Below, one piece after another: positions 23,106-33,542 of a DNA stretch of 64,000 nt. This stretch comes from Gammaproteobacteria bacterium. Its GTDB lineage: Bacteria > Pseudomonadota > Gammaproteobacteria > UBA4575. The notes under the pieces are model-generated. The model made no database searches and was not told the DNA's origin. It saw only the letters and a list, made by a program, of their open reading frames with translations. The DNA is taken from positions 8,649 through 72,648 of the forward strand of contig CBDCTA010000017.1 of NCBI GenBank assembly GCA_965221955.1. The letters run 5' to 3'. Numbering within the stretch: the stretch's first letter is position 1; the number at the start of each line of letters is the position of its first letter. The position numbers and the translations under genes are program-made.

Positions 23106-23330
23106 TTATTTTACTCCGCAGTTAAACACACCTGTCTTTGCTTCTTTTTGAGTCGCTTCAACACATTCCTCATATGAGCCGAATTCTCCGATCTCTCTGG
23201 AAGTTGATGAATTAGGCTTATCGTAGACCTCACCAACCCAATTACCGCCCGCTGTGCCTCCATCATCACCACAACCAAAAATAAAAAGTGATAAGGCAAA
23301 TAAAGTGCAAACAAAAAGCTTATGTAACAT
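23106..23330 (-). CDS. Small lipoprotein
   Basis: IFGC lipobox; GGAGAG RBS upstream of ATG 23330. Confidence 0.65.
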   Translation of the reverse strand: MLHKLFVCTLFALSLFIFGCGDDGGTAGGNWVGEVYDKPNSSTSREIGEFGSYEECVEATQKEAKTGVFNCGVK

Positions 23331-23449
23331 GAAATCTCTCCACAATTAGGCGCAGTCTAGTTGCGCTTAAAGCTTGGGTTAGTTAGAAAGAGCAAAATGT
23401 AGCGAAATTCTAGCAAGTCGGCAACTGCTAAGAGCATGCATAAATTGAC

Positions 23450-24166
23450 TTATTCAGCGTTTTCTTCAAGCCATACACAGCCTGACTCGCTTTCCTGCTG
23501 AATTTTATTTAGAAAGGCTTCATGCGCTTGTAACTCGCTCTCATCTGCATAAATCACTTTGAGAGCCTCGCGGTCCCCATCAAGCCCTGCTCTTGATCGC
23601 TTACGTTGAGCTGCGTTATCAGCATTTGCAGATAAACTGAGAGTAGCTTGTCCACCGGTTAACGCTAAATATACATCTGCGAGTATCTGCGCATCTAGTA
23701 ACGCACCGTGAAGCTCACGATGTGAATTATCGATTTCATACCGTTTACAAAGCGCATCTAGATTATTTTTTTGACCAGGATGCATCTTTCTTGCCATCTC
23801 AAGCGAATCAGTCACTTTACAGCAACTATTAATATCCGTAACGCTATGACCCACTAGCGCTAATTCCGCATTGATAAACCCAACATCAAAACTTGCGTTG
23901 TGAATGATCAACTCAGTGTCTGCTATGAATTCAATAAAATCATCCGCAATACTATGAAATTTAGGTTTGTCAGCAAGAAATTCTAAACTAATTCCATGCA
24001 CTTCTTGTGCACCTGCATCGATCTCGCGCTCTGGATTAAGAAATTGATGAAATTTTTGGTCTGTTGTGCGTCTGTGTAAAATCTCAACACAACCAATTTC
24101 AATAATTCGGTGCCCTTGCAAGACTTCTAAACCCGTAGTTTCAGTATCCAGAACAACTTGACGCAT
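23450..24166 (-). CDS. dnaQ: DNA polymerase III epsilon subunit
   Basis: LDTETTGL, HNASFD, LHGALLDA. Confidence 0.98.
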   Translation of the reverse strand: MRQVVLDTETTGLEVLQGHRIIEIGCVEILHRRTTDQKFHQFLNPEREIDAGAQEVHGISLEFLADKPKFHSIADDFIEFIADTELIIHNASFDVGFINAELALVGHSVTDINSCCKVTDSLEMARKMHPGQKNNLDALCKRYEIDNSHRELHGALLDAQILADVYLALTGGQATLSLSANADNAAQRKRSRAGLDGDREALKVIYADESELQAHEAFLNKIQQESESGCVWLEENAE

Positions 24167-24200
24167 AAATCAATCCAAAAATTAAACGTGTATCGAACAA

Positions 24201-24647
24201 CTACAATAACAAATTATCGATCGCTTCATTCGCTAATTGATCCACTATTTCATTTTCTGCATGACCACTATGCCCTTTCACCCATTCCCAAGTCACGCTA
24301 TGTTTTTCAACCAACTTATCCAATTGTTTCCATAAATCTTCATTCTTAACCGGTTTTTTAGCAGCGGTTTTCCAACCATTGCGTTTCCAATTCGCCATCC
24401 ACTGCTGAATTCCATCCATTAAATAGCGCGAATCTGTTGTTATATGTACGTTGCAAGGGCGTGTGAGTTTTTCCAAGGCAGACACTGCAGCCTGTAACTC
24501 CATGCGATTATTGGTCGTGAGCTCTTCAGCCCCCTGAAGTAAAGTTTCTTTCCCTCCATAGCGCAAAATAGCGCCCCAGCCCCCTGGCCCAGGATTCCCC
24601 CTACAGGCTCCGTCAGTGAAGATTTCGACGCGTTGTTCTGTTGGCAT
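24201..24647 (-). CDS. rnhA: Ribonuclease HI
   Basis: [32 protein letters not shown]. Confidence 0.98.
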   Translation of the reverse strand: MPTEQRVEIFTDGACRGNPGPGGWGAILRYGGKETLLQGAEELTTNNRMELQAAVSALEKLTRPCNVHITTDSRYLMDGIQQWMANWKRNGWKTAAKKPVKNEDLWKQLDKLVEKHSVTWEWVKGHSGHAENEIVDQLANEAIDNLLL

Positions 24648-25395
24648 GCTGTCTTGCACTTGGTTCAGTTACATTCACTGGAATAATACGACGACGAGGC
24701 CGCCACGGTTGTGGCAGTGGTGTAAGAGTGAGTTCTCGTTTTTTTGCCACAAATATCTGCAAACCACCAAAACTTCCAAAACCGACACGTTCAGCTTTGC
24801 TAATGAATTGCATACGTTGTTGAAAACGTAAATTTTGAATGGGCGGGCGCATGCCCACATGTTCAATACTCATGACTTTAAAATCGAGTAATGAAAGCCA
24901 GTCTTTTATTCTCCTTGCAGTATAAAAATGTCCTGCCCAGGGTGCGCGCTGACTACGCATGAAAATTAATTTGCTAAATCCCATCATGCTAATCGGATTA
25001 AAACCAATCATGACCAAATGTCCTTCAGAAATTAATACGCGATGTATTTCACGCAACACCTGATGGGGCTCAGGCGAAAAATCTAAAGTATGCGGCAAAA
25101 CAATGAGGTCCAAAGTGTCTTGAGAAAAGGGTAACGCTAAAGGGTTAGCCGCAACATTCCCTTGCTTAGTATCTAGCGTCATGTAAATTTTCTGACCGAT
25201 TGTACTACTCGATAGTAAATCAAGCTCTTCTGATAAACCGCCAATCTGTAAAGCATGATAACCAAACAAACTAGGGAGTAATTGTTCTAATTTAGCCTGT
25301 AGCTCTTTGTATAAAATTTGTCCTGCTGGTGTTATATACCAGCCCTGCAATTGCTGTGTATATTTTGCATAATTAAACTGCACAGATTCTTTCAT
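24613..25395 (-). CDS. YafS-like class I SAM-dependent methyltransferase
   Basis: [28 protein letters not shown]; conserved position upstream of rnhA. Confidence 0.9.
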   Translation of the reverse strand: MKESVQFNYAKYTQQLQGWYITPAGQILYKELQAKLEQLLPSLFGYHALQIGGLSEELDLLSSSTIGQKIYMTLDTKQGNVAANPLALPFSQDTLDLIVLPHTLDFSPEPHQVLREIHRVLISEGHLVMIGFNPISMMGFSKLIFMRSQRAPWAGHFYTARRIKDWLSLLDFKVMSIEHVGMRPPIQNLRFQQRMQFISKAERVGFGSFGGLQIFVAKKRELTLTPLPQPWRPRRRIIPVNVTEPSARQHANRTTRRNLH

Positions 25396-25531
25396 GTGTT
25401 TTATTTTACCTTAAAACAAACATTTGTAACGTAAACTTTTCATACTAGATAAAGACCGCAGTAAATTTAATAAATTCATTTTTAAATTTAGTTGTTGAAC
25501 TATTTATACAGTGTATTTATGCTTCGCGGCG

Positions 25532-26953
25532 ATGAAGAAGAAGCTATTCAATAAAAATGCTTTAGTCATAAGTATATTGGCTTTTTTTATCGTCGCATGT
25601 TCACACGCCCCAACAAAATCTGATCTTACGAATATAACGAATACTAGCAAAATAGTTTTTACCACAACGACACAAAAACCAGATTTAATTATTCCACCAG
25701 CAAGTAATTTACTTAATCACAACATAACTAAAAATAACACAAAAGATCGTCTTATTTGGGAACATATAAGTGACAGTCTTGAACTCACGAAATTTTATTC
25801 CCACCCGCACGTTATCAAACAACAAGAAAAATATTTAGCTGAAAGCGAATATTTATCTATAGTCAGTAAACGCTCAGAGCCATTTATTCATTTTGTTTTA
25901 ACTGAAGTTAAAAAGCGCAAGATGCCAGCCGAGCTTGCGATTTTACCTATCGTTGAGAGTGGCTATTATCCTCGCGCCCGCTCGCGCGCAAAGGCTGAGG
26001 GTTTGTGGCAAATCATGCCGTATACCGGCAAGGAATTAGGGCTCAAACACACGTATCAATACGATGGGCGTCACGATGTATATGCTGCGACTTCTGCAGC
26101 TCTCGATTATCTAGAACAAATGCATCGCCGTTTTGATGGTGACTGGTTACTAGCTCTAGCGGCTTATAATGCAGGTCCGCATCGCGTTAAGCGCGCGCTT
26201 CAACACTCAATACATTCGAAAAACGAAAATTCATATTGGGATTTGCATTTGCCTCGCGAAACACGTCAATACATTCCAAAAATTTTGGCATTAAGTGCAA
26301 TCGTTCAGAACGAAGAATTTAGTGACACCTTATTGTACCCAATTGCTGATAAGCCTTACTTACAAACCATCCAGCTTTCGAAACGAATTTCTCCAGCTAA
26401 GTTAGTCCATGCTACAGATGTAAGTGAAAGTGAAATAAAATTACTTAACCCTGCATTACGAAATTTGAACACCCCAATCCATGCTGGATATCACTTGCTT
26501 GTACCAAAGCATGACGCCGAATTTTTATCTCTTGCAATTGAAAAGATGCCAGAAGATACGCAACCTGTTTTAGCAAAACATATAATCAATCGCGGTGAAT
26601 CGTTAAGTACTATCGCACATCGTTACGGCACTAGTGTAATTGCTTTACGTGAGGCAAATAATTTATATAGCAACACCATTGTGGCTGGACACTCATTATT
26701 CGTGCCTTCGACATCAGATGCAGAAATTATTAAATCCTCCAACAAACCAAAACAACCAAAATCTCCCATACAACGCTCTGCCAACAATACGAACAAATCA
26801 ATCGCAGAACCCTATATGTATGTTGTCGCCATGGGGGATAGCTTTTGGAAAATTGCCCATCGCAATAACACTACAGTTCAACGCCTATATAAAATCAATG
26901 GTCGAAATGGTGATGAACCTCTACTCCCAGGTGAGACCATTCTGGTTGATTAG
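25532..26953 (+). CDS. mltD: Membrane-bound lytic murein transglycosylase D (SLT + LysM)
   Basis: LPIVESGY, GLWQIMP, ALAAYNAG, ETRQYIPKI, C-terminal LysM repeats. Confidence 0.92.
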   Translation: MKKKLFNKNALVISILAFFIVACSHAPTKSDLTNITNTSKIVFTTTTQKPDLIIPPASNLLNHNITKNNTKDRLIWEHISDSLELTKFYSHPHVIKQQEKYLAESEYLSIVSKRSEPFIHFVLTEVKKRKMPAELAILPIVESGYYPRARSRAKAEGLWQIMPYTGKELGLKHTYQYDGRHDVYAATSAALDYLEQMHRRFDGDWLLALAAYNAGPHRVKRALQHSIHSKNENSYWDLHLPRETRQYIPKILALSAIVQNEEFSDTLLYPIADKPYLQTIQLSKRISPAKLVHATDVSESEIKLLNPALRNLNTPIHAGYHLLVPKHDAEFLSLAIEKMPEDTQPVLAKHIINRGESLSTIAHRYGTSVIALREANNLYSNTIVAGHSLFVPSTSDAEIIKSSNKPKQPKSPIQRSANNTNKSIAEPYMYVVAMGDSFWKIAHRNNTTVQRLYKINGRNGDEPLLPGETILVD

Positions 26954-27303
26954 CTTGTAAACCCTGCCCTCGCCCTGTTGCTTGGATGCTCTATGCCTGC
27001 TAAAACTGTGGATTCCTTACATAATCCACTGATTTTAATGGCATTACGTCCCTAAAATTAGATAACTCGTCGCGCTTTTTGCCAGCACTTATGGTGGCAC
27101 TTGCTAGGTCTGTAGTATGCTCCAAGACCTTGAAATACCAATACAATCGCCGTGGAAATCACCTTCGCAAAGACGAAGTACATAGACCTGGAATCGTCAT
27201 TATCCGCCATGAAGCAAATGGACCTTCTTAGCATTGCCCTAAAAGCAAATGATAGACGCACGAGTTTTCTAAAACTTCTCGCCTACATATAACCAAAATT
27301 CAA

Positions 27304-28829
27304 ATGCTCAGAGAAAATAAAATCGACATGAAGTGGTTTGCATTGAGCTTGCTGGGTGTAGTGTTAGTCGCCACAGTATTATGGAACTTGAGCATTTCCC
27401 CATTGATTACCCAAGTTACGATAATTGTTTTAATTTCTATAATTTCGCTCAGCTGGGCTTTTCTGGGTACACCTTCTTCCAGCAATCCACAATCTAAGCA
27501 CAACGATATTTCATATAGATTTGAATCGCGCAATAGTGATCGTAGTGTTGGTCTTAAACTACAAGGGTTAGGTCAACTCAATTTAGCTTTTGAAAAATTT
27601 AAACAATGTCCACATAACCATGACACGGCAAATTTAATTTATAACTTAGCAAGCGATTTTCAAATCAAAGGTGAACCAGAAAATGCTAAAAAAGCATTTT
27701 TATACATTGCAAATTTTGCAGCCAAACTTCAAAGACATTCAGGAGCGAATTGCATCCTTTAACAGCGATCTTATCTTACTTAGAACCTAACGAAGAACAG
27801 GTAGATGCCATTTCTGTAATTGCAGCACTACTTCAAACTCAACAAAATGCACCTGAAAATACGGAAGCGAACCTACTTCTAGCGGACCAATCTACTATTA
27901 TCGAAAAAGCGATTGAAACAGATAAAACGTTAATCATCGCCCCTGATGCAGAGCCAGAAGAGGAGGAAGTAATTGCTGGCGAACTCAACGAATATCCTTC
28001 GCTTTACGGCAGTCGCTATAAAGTTAATAGTGTTCTAGGTCAGGGTACAACTGGGGCAGTATTTAAGGGCAAAGATATTGTTACTGATCAAATAGTAGCC
28101 ATTAAAGTACTCAACCTATCCGATGAATTAGAAGAAAACCAACTAGACGAATATAAATTCCGTTTTCATCGAGAAATCGAAACTGCTGGCAATTTAAGCC
28201 ACCCTAATATCGTTAAAATACTGGATAGCGGCGAAACCGAAGGCTATGCCTATATTGCCATGGAATACGTAGATGGCATTAATTTACGCAATTATGCACG
28301 CGCTGATCAATTACTCCACCCTAGGACTGTGCTCAAAATAATTGCCCAGTGTGCTGATGCACTTGCCTATTCTCACAAGCAAGACCTAATCCACCGTGAT
28401 ATCAAACCAGCAAATATCATATATAACAAAACCGATGATTACGTTAAGCTTACGGACTTTGGTATAGCAAGAATTCCTGATTCTACACGAACTCGTGCAG
28501 GGTCTATTTTGGGAACGCCTTTATATATGTCACCAGAGCAACTTGCGGGGGAGAAATTAGATGCACGCTCTGATCTATATTCTTTAGGAGTCACTCTATA
28601 CCATTTACTAACTGGCTCACCGCCGTTTCGACCTAAAACTATGGCCGAGTTAATGCGCTCTATCACACAAGAACAACACAAAGATATTGCTGAAATTAAT
28701 CCTGACATACCTTCGTGCATTGCATGGTCAGTAAATAAAGCCTTAGAAAAAGATCCTGATAAACGCTTCCAGTCAGCTGCAAGCATGGCCAACAAACTTC
28801 GCGAATGCGAGATGATGATAGATAATTAA
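27304..28829 (+). CDS. Membrane-anchored Hanks-type Ser/Thr protein kinase (frameshifted near 27710-27780)
   Basis: N-terminal TM + TPR-like ORF 27304-27762; intermediate frame reads PNFKDIQERI; kinase ORF 27750-28829 has LGQG, VAIK, HRDIKPAN, DFG, YMSPE. Confidence 0.88.
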
Positions 28830-28830
28830 T

Positions 28831-29658
28831 ATGGATCTTAAAGGCATCTTAGATATCGCAGGTCGCTCGAACACAGGGTTGGTACGTTCTAATAACGAAG
28901 ACAAAATTGGTGAAGATCAAGAAATTGGTTTAGTCGTACTTGCTGATGGTATGGGGGGTTACAAAAGCGGTGAAGTTGCAAGTGAAATTGCAGTCAACAC
29001 GATTCTTGAAGAACTCCGTAAATCCGTACCTGATTTAACGCCTGGCGAAATAGATGAGCAAACAGGCTATACAAAAGAAAGTTTAGCAGCGAGAAATTCA
29101 ATCGTAAAAGCGAATGAAGCGATTTTTTCCATGAGTAGCAGCGAAGCTCAGTATCGCGGCATGGGAACAACATTAGTCATGGGTATTTTTTACGATAACC
29201 AAATTACCATTGCACACGTTGGTGACTCAAGAATGTATCGTTACCGTGATAATAAATTACAACAAATAACAGTTGACCATACCTTACTACAAGAATTAGT
29301 TGACCGTGGTTTTTACACACAAGAAGAAGCAAACACCTCGCTGAATAAAAACTTAGTCACTCGAGCACTAGGCATTGAAGGCAGCATTGCGGTAGACATC
29401 AAAGAAGATTTGGCGATGCCTGGCGATATCTATTTGCTGTGTTCCGACGGTCTGACAGATATGGTCGATGATCAGGAAATTCATGCCACCGTAACGGCGT
29501 TTAGGGATAATCTTGATCAGTTGGCTGACAAGCTTGTCGCGATAGCCAATAACAATGGAGGCCGGGACAATGTCTCGGTTTTATTAGCGCAACCTAATAA
29601 AGAATTCCCCGGAAAGAAAAACTGGAAGTCAAAGTTCGGTAAGTTATTAGCGAAGTAA
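28831..29658 (+). CDS. PP2C-type Ser/Thr phosphatase (Stp1/PrpC-like)
   Basis: RSNNED, LADGMGG, HVGDSR, LCSDGL, GGRDN. Confidence 0.95.
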   Translation: MDLKGILDIAGRSNTGLVRSNNEDKIGEDQEIGLVVLADGMGGYKSGEVASEIAVNTILEELRKSVPDLTPGEIDEQTGYTKESLAARNSIVKANEAIFSMSSSEAQYRGMGTTLVMGIFYDNQITIAHVGDSRMYRYRDNKLQQITVDHTLLQELVDRGFYTQEEANTSLNKNLVTRALGIEGSIAVDIKEDLAMPGDIYLLCSDGLTDMVDDQEIHATVTAFRDNLDQLADKLVAIANNNGGRDNVSVLLAQPNKEFPGKKNWKSKFGKLLAK

Positions 29659-29661
29659 GTT

Positions 29662-30555
29662 ATGAGTACGCCTAAGTTAATTGTAAGCATTGATGAAAAA
29701 GTTGTAGATGAAGTTCCTATCGAAAAGGAAACCATAACAATTGGTAGACGCACTGATAATGATATTTGCTTAGATAACCTAGCAATCAGCGGTTATCATT
29801 CTCAAATTAGCACAGTCTTAGATGACTGTTTTTTAGAAGATTTAAATAGCACGAATGGCACATTCGTAAATTCCAAAATCGTAAAAAAGCATGCGCTTAA
29901 AGATGGCGATATTATCGATATCGGCAATCATAGAATTAAATATGTGAACCATCTTGCCACCACTTCAGCAAATAATGAGTTTGAAAAAACTCTTATCATG
30001 ACTGCAAACTCAGAAAGGAATAACAACCTATCTGATGAACAAGACATAAGCAATTTAGAAAAAGAAATTAATTCACTTGAAGAAGATATAGTCGATGCAA
30101 CAAACGAAGATGAAGTAAATGATCTTTTAGATTCAGCAATAAACTCATCTCGCGAAGATATTGATAAAGTAATTTCTAGCCCTAAAGATCACTCTCTTGA
30201 ACTTTCTGAAGAAGATGATGGTGACACCCAAGAAACAGAAGATGCCAAAATTGATACTGAATTTAATTCACAACCACCTGCTACTGTAAGTATCGGGCGA
30301 ATTCAAATTCTAAATGGTAAAAATAGTGGTAAAGAAATCACCTTAGACAAATCTTTAACAACAGTAGGCAAACCTGATGTTGCAGTCGTTGGTATCACAA
30401 AACGTAATCAAGGCTATTTTATTATCCACATTGATGGTAATCCTGATACACCTTCAAAACTAAACGGCGAAGCAATTGTTGGCAAAGCCCAACCTATAGA
30501 AGACCACGACATCATTGATGTTGCAGGAATTAAGTTAGAATTCTTTGTCGAATGA
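29662..30555 (+). CDS. FHA domain protein
   Basis: IGRRTDND, ISGYHS, DLNSTNGTFVN; acidic linker; degenerate second FHA-like domain. Confidence 0.92.
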   Translation: MSTPKLIVSIDEKVVDEVPIEKETITIGRRTDNDICLDNLAISGYHSQISTVLDDCFLEDLNSTNGTFVNSKIVKKHALKDGDIIDIGNHRIKYVNHLATTSANNEFEKTLIMTANSERNNNLSDEQDISNLEKEINSLEEDIVDATNEDEVNDLLDSAINSSREDIDKVISSPKDHSLELSEEDDGDTQETEDAKIDTEFNSQPPATVSIGRIQILNGKNSGKEITLDKSLTTVGKPDVAVVGITKRNQGYFIIHIDGNPDTPSKLNGEAIVGKAQPIEDHDIIDVAGIKLEFFVE

Positions 30556-30584
30556 TTGCAGCGATACTTGGACAGATCTAAATG

Positions 30585-30609
30585 AAAGCCAGCGTATGCT
30601 GGCTTTTTT
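30585..30609 (+). terminator. Intrinsic terminator of the kinase-phosphatase-FHA operon
   Basis: AAAGCCAGC-gtat-GCTGGCTTT followed by a T run. Confidence 0.85.
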
Positions 30610-30613
30610 GATG

Positions 30614-30641
30614 ATGACTGCTTTAGGCCAATAGCAGTCAT
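30614..30641. other. 28-bp palindromic site at the 3' flank of cassette 2
   Basis: ATGACTGCTTT-AGGCCA-ATAGCAGTCAT; perfect 9-bp inverted arms. Confidence 0.8.
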
Positions 30642-30710
30642 TCAATCCAATGAATTTTCAGTATGAAATACTGATAAATAAATTAAGCCCAATAGTTATT
30701 AATTTATATC

Positions 30711-31551
30711 TCATTTAATCTCAGATAAAAGATCAGGATTTGTGACTAGCTTTCTTACCCCCATGAGCATGATCTTCTTTAAATACATTATCATTACACC
30801 ACTTTCCAAGTGTATTAATATCTAACTTGGCGCACTTAGGACGAACACTCCAAGTGACTTGTAGTGGAGAGCAGACCTGTTCTGTGTATTTAGGACCTGT
30901 CGTAGAACCCAAGAATTCTATGGGCTTCCCTGTATTGGCTGGAATCATCTTAGCTTGATGCAAACCATTTACTTTATTTCCTTCATAAGATATGTCATTA
31001 AAATCAAGTGCAGAATTATCATTCACAAGCGTAAATACTTGCGTCTCAACTCGTAGATTTGGATTTGCACAACTCTCTGATAAGCATGATCCCAAGCCTT
31101 GGCCTGGCATTACATCACATGAACTATGTACCCAATGTACTTCAATCGTGTCTCCAGGATTTAAACCTTTACATACCGTGTCTCCAGGTGGCATCAATTC
31201 TGTTTTGCTGAGTGATTGACTTATATTGCACTTATATCCTCCTCCAGATCCGTTTTCACCATCACCCGCAAAAATTGAGAATGCCTCTGCCTTATGTTCC
31301 GCATTATTATGGAAATGTATATTGCACAAATTCATTTCTTTATAATTGGGCGCTAATGCAAAAACTCTTTTGTTTGTACCAACAACGCTATCAATATCTC
31401 TAGGTGTTTGTGGCCCATAGCCTTGACATGCAGTCGCTTTGATATCATTTGAATGTAATTCAGCATCAGGGAGCTCTTCTTCACCGATACAAACTATTGG
31501 TAGTGAAATTAAGAGAGATGTAATTAATGTTTTAATATTTAGATGCCTCAT
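30711..31551 (-). CDS. Secreted delta-class (TWCA1-like) carbonic anhydrase; +1 G near the 3' end
   Basis: Signal peptide, GYGPQTPRDID, LCNIHFHNNAEHK, IEVHWVHSSC, GSTTGP, CSPLQVTW; removing one G at ~30760 restores HAHGVRKLVTNPDLLSEIK*. Confidence 0.82.
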
Positions 31552-31587
31552 TTTTAGTTCCTAATAGTATTTAAAGTTTATTCGATA

Positions 31588-31712
31588 ATGTTCGCTTTGG
31601 GTCGATAGAAATTTGCTCCTCGACAATTGCTTCCTGCATTGCTCTACCTTCTGCATCCATGCAGTCGTACAATTTCTGCACTTCCACCCTCCATGGTGGT
31701 CGTAGCAGTCAT
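31588..31712. other. 28-bp palindromic site at the 5' flank of cassette 2, split by a 97-bp insertion
   Basis: ATGTTCGCTTT-GGGTCG-ATAG[97 bp]CAGTCAT; TAG occurs at both junctions (31606-31608 and 31703-31705). Confidence 0.75.
31609..31705 (+). repeat. Nested pair of REP-like mini-elements
   Basis: Outer unit AAATTTGCTCCT...ACAATTTCTGCACTTCCACC-ctccat-GGTGGTCGT contains inner unit CGACAATTGCTTCCTGCATTGCTCTACCTTCTGC-atccat-GCAGTCGT. Confidence 0.75.
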
Positions 31713-31799
31713 TTTGAGCCTATACTTTGAATTCTCCAACCTGATCATATTTCTAAATCACTTAACTCTAATCTGTTCACATCATCCAAGATGCGTCTC

Positions 31800-33521
31800 T
31801 TATTCGCGTGTCCCTACGCTCACTTCCATTCGCTCAGGTGGGGCCAACTTAGGAACCGCTGCTAATAATTTCTTTGTGTATTCATGCTGAGGATTCGTCA
31901 ACACTTGCTCCACCTCGCCTTGCTCTACAATTTTACCTTGATACATCACTGCTACACGGTCGGCAAAATAGGCCACGACGGACATGTTGTGGGTAATAAA
32001 CAAGTAACTGATTCCAAATCGTGCTTGAAGATCATTTAATAAATCCAAAATTTGTGCTTGCACTGAAACATCTAATGCACTAGTCGGTTCATCACAAATA
32101 ATTATTTTTGGATTTACTGCTAAGGCTCTGGCAATACATATGCGCTGGCGTTGACCGCCCGAAAATTCATGTGGATATCGTAAGTGTGCATCTTTTGATA
32201 AACCCACTTGTTCTAATAATTCCAACACACGCTTTTTTCTACCTTCAGAATTTGGCACTACATTTAATGCCTTCATTCCTTCTTCAATAATATCACCCAC
32301 CAACATGCGTGGATTCATCGAAGAGTAAGGGTCTTGAAAAACGATTTGCAAATTGGTGCGTTGTTCTAATAATTGTTTTTTATCAATTTTATGAATCGGC
32401 AAGCCTAAATAATGCACCTCTCCCGAAGTGGGCTGCACTAATCGCAAAACTCCTTTACCAACAGTAGTTTTGCCACTGCCTGACTCACCAACTAAGGCGA
32501 CTGTATGACTAGGTGGAATTTCTAATGAAACGCCATCTACAGCTTTCACATAACCCACTGTGTGTTTAAAAATTCCTTTTTTAATTGGAAAATGCACTTT
32601 CAAGTCATCTATCTTTAATGTTTCGTCTTGCTTACTTGCATGAGTGCTTTGAGAACTATCATGCTGTTTGTCTATTCCATTACTTGCAAGTAATGGCTTG
32701 CCTCGTTTCTCCATCGCTGGCAATGCCGCAAACAAGTCCCAGCTATATTGATGTTGCGGTGAAGAGAAAAAGATTTCATTACTAGATTGCTCTACAATTT
32801 TTCCTTGCTTCATTACTGCTACATGATCTGCTACTTGTTTCACCACGGCTAAATCATGAGTAATGAACAAAATAGCCATTTTGAATTTTTCTTGTAGTTC
32901 ATTAATCAAATCCAAAACCCGTGCTTGAATGGTTACATCCAAAGCCGTAGTAGGTTCATCTGCAATAAGAAGTTTTGGTTCACAAGCTAAGGCTATCGCA
33001 ATCATTACACGCTGTTTCATTCCTCCAGACAACTCATGCGCAAACGTGTCAATAGTGTGCGATGGATCTTTGATATTCACCGCATCGAGCAAATCTAAAG
33101 CTCGTTGCCACGCCTGTTTTTTGCTCATATTTTTATGACGGATGAGTACTTCAGAAATTTGTTTCCCAACTTTTACAACTGGATTAAGTGATGTCATCGG
33201 TTCTTGGAAAATCATCGAAATTCCACTGCCACGAATATCACGCATTTCACGCTCAGGTAACGTCAGCAAATCTTTGCCATCAAAATATACTGACCCTGAC
33301 GTAACCCGCGCGGCCTCAGGAAGTAGACGAATTACGGATAATGCCGATACAGATTTGCCACTACCTGATTCACCCACCAGAGCAAACGTTTCACCACGTT
33401 GCACCTCAAAACTAATATTATCTACTGCGGTAACTTTGCGTTGTCCAGTATCAAACACCGTTGTTAAATTTTCTACTCTCAACAAAGGTTGCTTTTGATC
33501 AGTAGTATTTTCGCTGCTCAT
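31800..33521 (-). CDS. Peptide ABC transporter, fused double ATP-binding subunit
   Basis: Two GESGSGK Walker A motifs; LSGGMKQR and FSGGQRQR signatures. Confidence 0.96.
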   Translation of the reverse strand: MSSENTTDQKQPLLRVENLTTVFDTGQRKVTAVDNISFEVQRGETFALVGESGSGKSVSALSVIRLLPEAARVTSGSVYFDGKDLLTLPEREMRDIRGSGISMIFQEPMTSLNPVVKVGKQISEVLIRHKNMSKKQAWQRALDLLDAVNIKDPSHTIDTFAHELSGGMKQRVMIAIALACEPKLLIADEPTTALDVTIQARVLDLINELQEKFKMAILFITHDLAVVKQVADHVAVMKQGKIVEQSSNEIFFSSPQHQYSWDLFAALPAMEKRGKPLLASNGIDKQHDSSQSTHASKQDETLKIDDLKVHFPIKKGIFKHTVGYVKAVDGVSLEIPPSHTVALVGESGSGKTTVGKGVLRLVQPTSGEVHYLGLPIHKIDKKQLLEQRTNLQIVFQDPYSSMNPRMLVGDIIEEGMKALNVVPNSEGRKKRVLELLEQVGLSKDAHLRYPHEFSGGQRQRICIARALAVNPKIIICDEPTSALDVSVQAQILDLLNDLQARFGISYLFITHNMSVVAYFADRVAVMYQGKIVEQGEVEQVLTNPQHEYTKKLLAAVPKLAPPERMEVSVGTRE

Positions 33522-33542
33522 TCTGATATATAGATTATTTAA

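Noticed and set aside
26960-27300. ncRNA or small ORF between mltD and the kinase
   Set aside because: Only a short GTGGATT/AATCCAC hairpin; no recognisable RNA family or convincing ORF.
31627-31890. 87-aa ORF
   Set aside because: Translation of the nested mini-elements plus the antisense strand of the ABC ATPase gene.
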